64,000 bases of DNA from Camelus ferus (taxonomy: Eukaryota): NCBI RefSeq assembly GCF_009834535.1, contig NC_045707.1, positions 51,958,001 through 52,022,000 of the forward strand, written 5' to 3'. The notes beneath the pieces were generated by a model. That model was not told the origin of the DNA and searched no databases. It saw only the letters and a list, made by a program, of their open reading frames with translations. Made by a program: the position numbers and the translations under genes. This document shows, one piece after another, positions 53,016 to 64,000 of the stretch (the first letter of the stretch is position 1; every line of letters starts with the position of its first letter).

Positions 53016-54679
53016 GTTAAAGTTTTTTTTTTTTAAATATTTAGAAATGAAAAAATTTTCTAGCTTTGTTCTCTAAGATTTTGTGGCATGTGAAAACTCC
53101 TTTGATGCATCTTTATCCAAATATATGTTTCTGTGATAACCTGCCGACTTGGTCTAGCAAAATCTTTACTGGTGTATGATCGCAAAGTTTTATAGTAATT
53201 TACTTTTGTGACACCAATGTGAAAACTGAGGGAACCTTGGGTAATTGAAATGTAGTTTGTGGAATTTCAGTAGGAACTCATGATGTAAGATCTCAATCAA
53301 CAGCTCTGCCACCTATCATAAGAAAAATGTAAAGTGTCCCATAAATTGTGCTCAATATAAAATGTTCTTTGGAAAATTTCAAAAAGAAGTCTTTATGGGA
53401 AGGTATTTTCTCACTTTACCCTGCAGATGCTGTATATGATATCCATTGGTTTCATAATAACTGAATTTAAAAGGTTTTAAAAGTGACCAGATATGACCCA
53501 TGGAGGACATAAGAACTTCAGCTGTTAAAATTGAGGTGAGGCTATGGTTGTAGCTGAATTGGAAACTGAAATACTACTTACTGTTAGACAGAACAGTTAT
53601 TTTTAGTGCCTTGAGGTTAAAGTCATTGGGAAGGCAAGAATCAGGGGGTTTTATTACATTGTAGGGAGCTGTCCCTATTGTAGCAGGTGTGCAGTTTCAT
53701 TTGTGACTATCCTTTACATTTTCAAACAAAATACATATTCTAAGAAGAACAATAATCCTTCTATTAAAAATATAAAACTGTATGCAGGTACCAAAGCTGT
53801 AGGCAGCATTTTTAAATCACTTCAGAAGGAATAGAGTGTCCCAGTGATACACGTCGAGGAGAAGCGGATAAAGTAGATGGCAGATACAGATCCCTGAACT
53901 TACACACATGCACTCCACTCAAATTAGAGGTGCCTCCTCGATATATTTAGCCTACTGGCTTTCACTGCAAGTATGTATTTTAAAAATAATTTCTTGTTTA
54001 AGTTTCAAAGTGTCTGCATTATAGCATTTTTCCCTGTCAAGGGAAAATATATATTAGTACAAGGCATACAATACATTTTGGGCTGTTTAGTATGTACTTC
54101 ATGCAAAGGTTTTGAGGACTATGCTGATGATAACTTTTAGGTAAATCAAACAACAACATCAATTTTGATATAATTTAAAAGGCTTGGCAAATGCTTATTA
54201 CCATTGCTTTGTTATAAAATTGAAGTGAAGCTAACACATTGATTCATTGGAAATGTAATTACTACTAAGTTTTTTGAACAGTTATCTTTCAGTGCTTTGA
54301 GAGTAAATCAGTAAAAGTGCCAGAACCAGAGTTTTTATTGCAACTGTCCCTATACCCTGTGTTCCATGCCAATATATGGCTTTTTCTTTCATGGATTTGA
54401 ACATATGTTATAATAATGTGGTATAGCAAAATAATAGTAGTGTGATAAATTAAAGGAAATAGTTCTTGTTTCTGCTGACAGTGTTTTATGCATAGCATTT
54501 TGCTTTTTTAGTTTTACGGTTTTTAAAAATTTTTTATGGAAAATAATATGATAATCTATATACTTGATATGGTGGCTGTTAAAGTCAAATGAAACAAAAT
54601 ACGTGATAATATTTTAAAGGATGTAGAATTCTAAGAAATATAGGTAATTAGTTTGATTTGGAGGAGGGCATTTATTTAT

Positions 54680-55162
54680 TACTTCAAACTGAATTGTGTC
54701 ATCCCCCAAATTCATATGTTGAAGCTCTAATCCCCAGTGTGATGGGAGTTTGGAGATGGGGCATTTGGGATTTACAAGAAAAGACATCAGAGAGCTTGTT
54801 CTTGGTCTCTCCCTGGTGCACTTGCCCAGGAAAGGCTGTGTGAGCCACAGCAAGAAGGCAGTCTTCTGTAAACCAGGAAGGGGGCTCTCCCCAGGAACCT
54901 AATCAACAAGCACCTTGATCTGGGACTTCCTAACTTCTAGAACTGTGAGAAATAATTTTAATAAAAAACGATTTCCATCACCTAGACTTTTGGTGGTGAG
55001 CATGCTACAGTTTATTCAGAAGTCAAACTATAGTGTTGTACACATGACACTTATATGTTATAGACTGATGTTACCTCAATAAAAAAGAAGGAAATAATTT
55101 TAATAGTAATAATACCAGTCTATGATATTTTATTATACTATCATCCTGAACTGGCTAATACA
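54680..55162 (+). mobile_element. MaLR LTR, MLT1A-like, interrupted by a short L1 tail
   Basis: 'ccccaaattcatatgttgaagctctaatcccc...caccttgatctgggacttcc...agaactgtgagaaataa'; ends 'ctggctaataca'. Confidence 0.85.
54964..55090 (+). mobile_element. Very short L1 3' terminus (laurasiatherian type) with 15-bp TSD
   Basis: 'ctagacttttggtggtgagc...tgttgtacacatg...tgttacctcaataaaaaa'; GAAATAATTTTAATA at 54949-54963 and 55091-55105. Confidence 0.85.
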
Positions 55163-55391
55163 GATATTTTAATATTAGATTAAAAATAGACTTAAAAACC
55201 ACTTTGAAAATTATAAATCAGTCTTTAAATATTAGTGATTATTATCTAAAAATGTATCTTGAAAGAAGTTCATGAAAAGTTAATATATATGTTTTAAGCT
55301 TTGGGGTAAAAAAATAAGATTTCCACAAATTCTTAACATTGAGAATAATATTTCTCTTTTTTATAAAACCAGTGCATATTATATTAGTAAT

Positions 55392-55801
55392 TATATCAGC
55401 CAGTGTTCTCCAGAGAACAAAAATTGATACAGTATATAGAGATACAGATATTATGAGATTTTTTTCTGAGGAACTGACTCAAGCAGTCATGGGGGCTGGC
55501 AAATCTGAAGTGTTGGGGCAGGCCAGCTGACAGGAAACCCAGCAGGAGATGATGTTGCTGTCTTGAGGGAGAATTACTTCTCTGGGAAACCGCAGTTTTC
55601 ACTTTTAAGTCTTCACTAGTTGAACGAGGTCCATTCACATTTCAGGGGTAATTTTTACTTAAACCAACTAAAATCAACTGATTGTTGTTGTTAAACACAT
55701 TTACAAGATATCTTCAGAGCAATATGTGGATTAGTATTTAGTTAATTAATTAATTGGGTATGATAGCCTAATCAAGTTGAATCATGTATCTAACCATCAC
55801 A
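55392..55801 (-). mobile_element. ERVL solo LTR, MLT2 family (MLT2D-like)
   Basis: 'gtgttctccagagaac...gaggaactgactcaagcagtcatgggggctggcaaatctgaa...taaccatcaca'; flanks gtaat/gtagt. Confidence 0.9.
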
Positions 55802-56230
55802 GTAGTGTTTAAAGGGACATACTGTAAGTGAAGGACTAGAGTAAAATCTGACTGAATACATTAACATAACTAAAGAAAAATATGTCAATTGCTGTGAGAC
55901 TAACACAGAAGCAGAGAAAGTGTGCCACAGAAGAAAATATTGGTGATACTGTTTTTCAGCACTGTCTAGCAGAGAGGGAGTTTAAACAAAAGTCTACCCT
56001 AAAATAGAAACAGGTGCATTAGGCTTATATACCCAGTTCCATTAAACATGACATAATTCACCTACCTCTGTTTGTTTTAAGTTCTTACTTACCAATAAAT
56101 ACAGCAATTTGGCTTTGTAAGTGGATTGCTTACAGGGAGAAAAATATTTGTTTCTTAGGCTCCAATCCACAGACAGATTTATTTTTCATATGCCTTTACA
56201 AAATTGCCATTCTGTTCATGTGCATTCATC

Positions 56231-58157
56231 TTTTAAACATTTTTATTGAAGTATAATTACCATAAAATAAACTATTTGACAAGTTTTACCATATGTATAC
56301 ACCTATGAAACTAGTATCACAATCAAGATAATGAAAATTTCTTCCCACCTCTCTTGTCCCCTGGCCACCAGTGATCTGCTATCTGTCTGAAGATAAGTTT
56401 GCCTTTTCTTGAGTTTTATATAAATCATACTATACAGTATATACTCTTCTAGTCTGTCTTCTTTTACTCACCATAGTTAATTTCAGATTCATTCATGTTG
56501 TTGTTTGTAACAAGAATCCAGTCCTTTGTATTGCTGAATCATATTCCACTGTAAAGAAATACCACAATTTCTTTATCAGTGTGTCTGTTGAAAGTCATTT
56601 TGGTTGTTTTCTGTTTGGGGCTATTACAAATACAGTTGCTCTGAACATTTGTACACCAGTCTCTCTGTATAAATATTCTTCCATTTCTCTTTAGTAAATG
56701 TTGAGGAGTACAATAGCTAGATTATACAAGAGGTATATATTTAACTTTTTTGAAGATTGGTCACATTGTTTTCCAAAGTTGTGCCATTTTATATCCGTGC
56801 CAACATAATGTGAGGGATCCAGTTGTTTCACATTCTCACTGACACTTGTATCTTAATTTGTTCGGGTTCCGGTAACAGAATACCACAGACTGAGTGGCTC
56901 ATAAACAAGCAAAATTTATTTCTCACAGTTCTCAAGGCTGGAAAGTCCAAGATGAAAACAATGGCAGGTTCAGTGTCTGGTGATTGTCTCTTTTCTGGTT
57001 CATAAATGGCTGTCTTCTCATTGTGTCCTTATATGACAGAAGGAGTGAGAGAGTTCTCTGGGGTCTCAAAGGTACTAACCCAGTTCAGGAAGGCTCCACT
57101 CCTGTGACCTAATCCCTTCCCAAAGGATCCACTTCCTAATATCATAGCACAGTGTGATACGATTACAAGACATGAATTTGTAGGGACACAATCATTTAGT
57201 CTATAGCAGCTTGGTATGGCCAACTTTATAAATCTAGACACTCTAATAAGTGTATAGTGCTGTCTCACTGTAGTTTAATTTGCATTTCCCTGGTGACTAA
57301 TGATATCAGGCATCATTTCATGTGTTCCATACTTGTTATCAATTTTTTTGTGTGAAATATCTGTTCAAATCTTTCAACTGCTTTTTAATTAGGTTGTTTG
57401 TTTCCTAATCATTGAATTTTGAGAATTTTTTTTATATATTCTATATACAAGTCCTTTATAAGGCATGTGCCTTGCAAGTAGTGTCTCCCATTTTTTGACT
57501 TTTCATTCCCTTAACAGTGCCTTTTGTAAGGTAGCAATTTTAACATTGAGGAAGTCTAATTTATCAATTTGTTCTGTATGGGTCATGCTACTTTGCATCT
57601 GATAAATAGTTGTCTAACTAAAAGTTCTAGATATTTTCTCCCATATATTCTTCTAGAAGTTTTATTGCTTTAGCTTTTACAGTTAGGTCTGTGATACATT
57701 TTCAGTGAATTTTTGTGCTAAATGAGAAGTATGAAATAAAATGAGTTTTTTCATATGGATAATCAATTGTTCCAGCAACATTTGTGGGAAAGTCTATCAT
57801 TTTGCAGTGGAAAATCAGTTGTCCAAATAAGTGTGTGTCTACTTCTGGACTCTATTCCTTTCTCTTGTTCTGTTGATCTTTCTTAGCTTAACTATCTTGA
57901 CTCCTGAAAAAAGAAAAAGCTAAATAAATGGTGAGGTATACTATGTTAATGGTGTTGGAAAATTCAATACTGTTAAGATATCAATTATAATGAAATCAAT
58001 CTATAAATTTACGCAGTTCCAATCAAAACTTTAGCAAGTATATTTGTAGAAATCGGTAAGCTTAGTCTAGAACCAATATGAAAATTCAAAAGGCTTAAAA
58101 TAGCCAAATTTTATAAATGAAAAAGTTGGGGGACTCAAACTATCTGATTTCAAGAAT
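56231..58157 (-). mobile_element. Old L1 (L1MB/L1MC-like), 5'-inverted, with a nested MLT1A
   Basis: Antisense 3'UTR and ORF2 from 56231 to about 57900, then a sense ORF2 piece about 57905-58157 (LNKW...NTVKISI...GLKLSDFK). Confidence 0.85.
56847..57208 (-). mobile_element. MLT1A-like LTR inserted in L1
   Basis: 'aacagaataccacagactgagtggc...ggctggaaagtccaagat...ttagtctatagca' interrupts the L1 phrase 'cattctcactgacact|...|ttggtatgg'. Confidence 0.9.
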
Positions 58158-59214
58158 GAGAACTAGACTCAACGTTTCTTGAATTCAGTATATAAACCTC
58201 ATCTTGTGGAGATAAGTTTTGTGGCCTACAGTTCCTTCCAGGTAGTACCTCTTTACCAAACTTTTCCATTTGAAATATACACAGACTTTTATTTGGGGAT
58301 AATTATAATTTAATGAAATCATTCAATTTCACATTTTTCATTATTATATTAAGTAAACTTTTATAAAAGTCTTTCTCTATGTGCTCTAAATTATAAAAAA
58401 AAAACACAAATGATATCTGTGCTGAAAATCTTAATACATATTATTGAATACATGGTTTCCATCAGTTAAGTCCTGAGGCAAACCTGATCCTAAGAAGAAA
58501 ACTTTTGAGATTTTGGAAGCCTAATTTTGCAGAAAATTCTTGTACTTCCTCCTTTTAATTGTACTTTCCACCTTTTGGCAACCTATGTAATAAGAGCTGA
58601 AGGACGACAGGTTTGTGATACTACTTTTTTTCTTTCTTCAGGCTTTAACTTGCCCATCAATATGACATGATTTACCTTAAATTATTAATAAATTAAGCAA
58701 TGTGCTTTGAATTTCCCAAGATATCAAAATCTACTATCTGGATTCCTGTAAAGAAAGAAGTTCAGGGAAAATAGTTTTTACCCTGTTTATTAGAACAACA
58801 GAAATAAAAACTCAGAAAACAAAAATAAGGCATTTTGGAATTCAAAACTATTCTGTCTTAGGATGTTCAGAACGACTTTAGCTGAGGTTGGGGGTGGGTT
58901 GTGGAAGTAGGCAGGAAGAGCTCGCTGTTCAATAGTTTCCATCTATTCTTAGTCCTCTTTGATTTTGTTCTACTTGTACATCTTCTTATGATATTGAATC
59001 TCTCTCACAGTAACCTCTGCACGCTTAACTGACTAATATTTCTTGAAAGTATGGGAATGTTTCCACCAGTTGATAGCCACACAAGTTACAAAGAGTGAAT
59101 TGTAAGAAAATTACTGTAACCATGTGGCTTGTAGGTTTTGTGGGTTTGGGGATGGATTAGATGTGTTGGAACTGGAATTTACAAAACCACATTTCCACAG
59201 TGATCCTCTAGATT

Positions 59215-59430
59215 TCAAGTGTCTCCCACTCAAATGCTTTTGGGGGCCATCCAAAAATGTAAAAAGTAAATTAGATTTAGTTTAACACATTTCACATTTG
59301 GGAATAGTGGGTAGAGAGCATAGCCCCTGCCTAATGATATGCATGTTCACTTTTAAATAACTGTTCAGTAAAAATGAAAACATATCTTTAGGCTGAATCA
59401 GCCTCCTTGAGATTGGGACCTCTGTGATAA
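59215..59430. mobile_element. hAT-Charlie relic (Charlie18a/MER102-like)
   Basis: 'actcaaatgcttttgggggcca...gagagcatagcccctgcctaa...aaaacatatctttaggctgaat'; recall only. Confidence 0.5.
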
Positions 59431-62400
59431 AAGTGATTAACAGTTATAGCTTTTTCAACTGAGCTATTACCTTCTTAGGAAATATGTTCCTTTCCTATAA
59501 GGCTCTACTTCTGCTCTTGTATAAGGAATGACTACATTTATATACTTACTAGAATCCTACTTAAACCAAATTATTATTTCTATTTTTAAATAGACCCTTC
59601 TCAAAGAGGTTACTTACCATTTATCAAGTTTTGACAATATACACTTCATCTTAATATACTAACTTGGGAACCAAGGGGATAAAATCAATAATCCAACAAA
59701 TATGTTGATTCCTACTGTGCTCAAACTGTATGCTAGGTACTTTATGGGGTTCAAGATTACCAAAGTTGTTCCTATAATTGAACTGAATAAACCTTGATCA
59801 TCAATATTAAATCCAGATAAATTTATTTTCTCAGAGGCTTTTAACATACATATGATACAATGGTACTGACTTCATTTTGAATCTATGTTCTAGCTAAGTG
59901 AGGCTCTCATTACTGAAGGAAGATCTTTCCTCAAATGTGTAGATGTCTTTAAATTTCACGCCTGGAGAGTCATGAGTTTTGAGTTTCACACTGTGTAATC
60001 TCTGAAAGTTCTTTGCCATGCAAGACAATGTTTTTCCAGCCTACTTGTTTGATGTTTGATATAGAAGTCATGTTTGTCTTGCATTGTTTAGTTGATTTAA
60101 AAAGATTTAAGGATGCCCTTTTTAAAAATTGGGAAACAATTTTCAAATCTAATGCATTGTGCTTTTTTTCTTCATTATTTTTGTTACCAATTTTGTGATT
60201 GTTAGAGGATAATGGCTTGTCTTTAAAAAGGAAAAATCACATCAGAGGAAACCTACTACTTTGCATTCAATGACAGCTACTATTTCTTCATAAAATAATT
60301 GGATGAAAATATAGGTTTCACATTAGAAAGTGAAAGTTTCTGTATATTTTATGCAAAATAATATAATAAAAATAAAATTAATATGACCAAAAAAAGATTA
60401 TTAAACTGCTTAAAAAGTTGTACGTTGTCTTAGGCTATTTCTATATGACATTAAAAGTTGAATAAAATATGAAAACTGCAAGTCTATTACTTAGAAGAAT
60501 GGAAGATGAGAGAAGCATCTAAATATTGAGAAAAGCTGCCATTCAAAGATATCTGATTATTCTTAACATTACTCTCAACATGTTTGTTTGCAGCTACTTT
60601 TGATGACTAGCTCATCTAAATTTAGAGAAGAGAGTTGAGGCAGGTTTATTATGTGTAAGCCAGATTGAGTGAGTTCCACAGTGAGTGGGTAGAAGAAAAA
60701 GAAAGCAGCGTCAGTTACTTTTCCGAGAAATGTGAGTGTAATAAAAAAAAAAAAAAGTTAAAGGAAAATATATATTCCTTCAACTTAAAATTTATTATTA
60801 AGCACTCAAACTTTGAATTATTAATAAGCTAATGTGAACAAATGATAGCTTGTTTTGACTGAATTTTCTGCTGATAGCCTTAAAATTGTTAGTTTCTTCA
60901 ATTTCTTGATCATTTTGTAGGATATGGCTTTGTAAATGTTCAGGAAAATACTCTGACCGTAGCAACACATTAAAATTCACTTCTTACACCCCTTGAAGTC
61001 TCTGTAGATACTCAATGGCTGATTACCTTGCCTTCAATATTCTTCCTTAGTTTACATGAAGTTATGCAATATATTTCTGCCCTGACTATTCCTTCCCTGA
61101 CTCTGACTTCCATTCTGTTCCCCAGAACTCATCTCTCTTCCTTTTATTCATTACTCCTCAGTACTCTCATTCAGTGACAGCCTCATCTAATACCTTCCCT
61201 CGTTTGATTCCCAAATGTTAAGGCCAATTATCCTTGAGGAGATTGGCATATTAGGAACATGAACCAAAATCCCCAGAAATTCAGTCTTCACTGGAGAATA
61301 CAGACCTGAAAATAAAATGTTAAATTCCTGGCTCTTTGTCATTCTTCCAGTTTCCATAATGATAAATTTGTGACATTATCCAGATGCTATAGCCCATGTC
61401 TAAGGTAATTCTACACTTAGAACTGTTTGTAACATTTCTAACTGCTTGTATTATCTGAAAGTGAGCTGATGATAATGTCTAGATGAGTGTGCCTTGTAGA
61501 TATCCTTTAGTATTACTGTTTACTTAATAACAGATCAAATTTGAGGACTTTCTTCTAAACTACAGAATGCATGGTCAAAGATATTTTGTATATATTTATA
61601 CCCCCTTAACCAAATATCCACTGTTAAATTGATAAATAGCCAGAAGTAATACAGGGTTTGGGTCTTGTTTGTTGCTAAATCTACACAAGAACTGATGCTA
61701 ATCAAATTAAAAATCTTGGCCTTAATTATGATGGGTAACATGTTTTATAGACTTCATTATTAAAGATTTCAGAATCCCCAATTCCTTGTGTGGATAGAAT
61801 TTTTTCTTCTGAACTTGTCACATTGTTTTTGCCATATCTTCCCCATGCATGTGACCTAGGTTTGTGATCTTTCAAATTGAACATATCAGCAAGCTCTATT
61901 TTAATTTCCTTTCCAGCTACCACTCAAAGTAAAAGATTACTGGCAGTTTTAAATTTCGCTCTAGACAGCAAAAGACACATCTGTTTGATTAAAATGCCAG
62001 ATATCTGTATAACTGTTATCAATTATATTAATTAAGAGAAAACTGTAGCAAAATTTGCTCTGAGGAGGAAAAAAAATGTATTGCCCTAAAACCTTTATTA
62101 AAGCATAGCTGTCCACAAGGTATTGTGTTTCTCGTAGTATAGCCAGGTTTTGTCCAATTTTAAAGCAAAAATATCAGAAGACTTGGAAAAAATGTAGTCC
62201 TAAGGAGAAATAATTGTGAAATTGGTACCTGTGAACATCACGAGTGCCTACTTTGATGTGAATTAAAGCAACCTCCACACAAGTACAGGCTGATTAAATA
62301 GTTGAATTGACTAATTGTTTTTAAATATATGTCTGCTTGGACAGCCGTTGAGATTCTCTAACGAGCTAAATAGTTCAGAGAGTCTTTAAGCCATTTAGGA

Positions 62401-62494
62401 AAATGAACGTTATGGTTCAACGGCATTTCTGCTAACATTTAGAAAATTATAGTTTGAATTTAAAATAATCATAGCTGTAAAGCAATCTTTAAAG

Positions 62495-62660
62495 AGATTT
62501 TACATACATTACCTCATTTAATCCTCACTGAAATCCCGCAAGGTAGGGAACATCAGAGGGTGCTGTGAAATTTTTAAGCAGCTTGTCCATGATCACACAA
62601 ATGGTATTGGGGTACAGATTCAAAATCAGGGCATCTGGTTCCAAGTTTAGTGTCACCCTC
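62495..62660 (-). mobile_element. MIR SINE
   Basis: 'tttacatacattacctcatttaatcctcac...aggtagg...cttgtccatgatcacaca'. Confidence 0.75.
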
Positions 62661-62664
62661 ATCC

Positions 62665-63425
62665 GTTCATTTATGTTTAAGTACCTAGTATGCACCAGTA
62701 ACTGGTAAGTACATCATAGGCTGGGAACAATTCTGAACAGGTCTATTTTTTTTTGCTTTCAAGTAGCTTTAAATGTGGTAGGCAAGACGAGTAGTTAGGT
62801 TATATGATATTTTAAAAATGTTATATCCAGGATAAGTGTGAGGTGTCTTGATAGAATCTAGAAAGGATATACAGTCTGCATTTTGGAGGGAGCACAGAGA
62901 AAAAGATACCTGAAGTAATATTTGTTGGTCCCCCTATAATTAGTCAGCTTTATGGAGATAAAAGACAGTTCCAGAAGTGTGAGGAACATGTAGATGTGTC
63001 TGAGGCAAGAGAAAATGTTGTTTACTTAGTGAACTGTGAATAATTCACTGTTGATTGAAGTTTAGTATTTCAGTGAGAAGTAGTCTAAACTGAAGAGGTT
63101 CTTCAGCCTTCTAATGGACATTTGGAAATCTCTGGAAATATTTTTATATGTCAGAATGACTGAGGAGCAACATTACCAAGATCTAGTGAGTGTGGGATAA
63201 GGTTTCATTACAGTGGCAGTCCAGTATATTAGGTAATTTTCTCACCCTAACATGATAATTGTAGTCTCCTGAGAAACACAGGCAACAGACCACCAGCAGC
63301 CTTGGAAGATACACAGAGACATTTGGGCTCTCTTCTGAGGCACTGTTCTGAATAACCCGCTAAGGGTGGGCATGGCAAGATTTCTGCTCAGAAAGATCCC
63401 TCTGGGTGCTTTGTGGAAGTGTATT
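62665..63425 (-). mobile_element. L2 fragments, with a possible MER20B-like hAT insertion at about 63095-63280
   Basis: L2-like 'ttcatttatgtttaagtacctagtatgcacca' and 'agaaagatccctctgggtgctttgtgga'; hAT-like 'ggacatttggaaat...gtcagaatgactgagg...ctgagaaacac'. Confidence 0.5.
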
Positions 63426-64000
63426 AGAAGTTACACAGGTAGACACTAACACTAACACTGTAAGTGCTTGCTCTACCTAGAATGGGCAAGTTAAGAGGGC
63501 AAGAAAAACCTGGCCAGCACGGAGATAATTCCATTACCTTGACTCTTCCCACTGGAAAACGTGGATGTTAGCTTCCCTTGAGCAGAGTGATTGAGAAGGG
63601 GTGAAGTGGGCTAGGAGTAACCGGAATAGTGTCCACAGAAGGCTAGTGCTGCTCCAGAGAACAGGGGCACTCTCTTACCAGGAGTAGACCGCTCTGCAGT
63701 TCTGCCTTAATTTAAATCAATCAGTCAATCTCAAATCTTTGTTTAGTTTAACTTCCTGAAGTTGGATTTCTGTTTCTGTAATTGAAAAAAAAGTACTTGT
63801 TGATTCGCATGGGGATAATCAATCATGGCATATCTTGACTAAGAAACATTACCAGAGACAGTGGCTCCAGTTTATATTTTAGTATTTTTATGAAAAAGAA
63901 GATACTTTATGGAGCCAGATTATTGATTCATTTGTTAATTTATCCACGCATGCAAGCATCCATCCATCCATCCACTCATTATTCCAAAAATACGTGTTGC

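Noticed and set aside
53405..53470. Acceptor-like 'ttttctcactttaccctgcag'
   Set aside because: No convincing donor nearby and no recognisable peptide.
60700..60757. AATAAA followed by poly(A), suggesting a processed pseudogene tail
   Set aside because: No TSD or recognisable upstream mRNA-like sequence.
474..61923. All ORFs in the supplied track as protein-coding genes
   Set aside because: All are 144 aa or shorter, many start at non-ATG codons, and they lie in repeats or AT-rich low-complexity DNA. None resembles a cellular protein I recognise.
62344..62424. GCCGTTGA/TCAACGGC inverted pair
   Set aside because: Only 8 bp with a 65-nt spacer that pairs poorly; compatible with chance.
1..64000. 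CRISPR array, operon, tRNA/rRNA gene or other prokaryotic/viral system
   Set aside because: No regularly spaced repeats, long ORFs or RNA-gene signatures; the content is typical mammalian repeat-rich non-coding DNA.

Overview
AT-rich, CpG-depleted non-coding DNA from a placental mammal, either intergenic or deep intronic. It is probably from a laurasiatherian and most likely a camelid, judged from recall of a young L1 3'UTR at 48955-49300 and the lack of recognisable Alu, B1, BovB/Bov-tA, PRE-1 or Can-SINE copies. I found no credible protein-coding exon, RNA gene, CpG island or prokaryotic-type system. All listed ORFs are short and fall in repeats or low-complexity DNA. Much of the window is interspersed repeats: many MaLR (MLT1) LTRs, an MLT2 LTR, a MER70-like ERVL LTR next to an ERVL pol relic, L1 fragments of several ages, L2, MIR, two Tigger2-type MITEs and hAT relics. 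The most informative structures are two L1 insertions with twin-priming 5' inversions, a two-LTR MaLR provirus, several nested insertions with visible target-site duplications, a young L1 with a perfect 20-bp TSD, two unexplained hairpins (42.6 kb and 44.1 kb) and a motif-dense candidate enhancer at about 28 kb. Repeat subfamily names come from recalled consensus sequences, not a search. Boundaries without a stated TSD or TIR are approximate. I cannot support a claim of a novel biological system.
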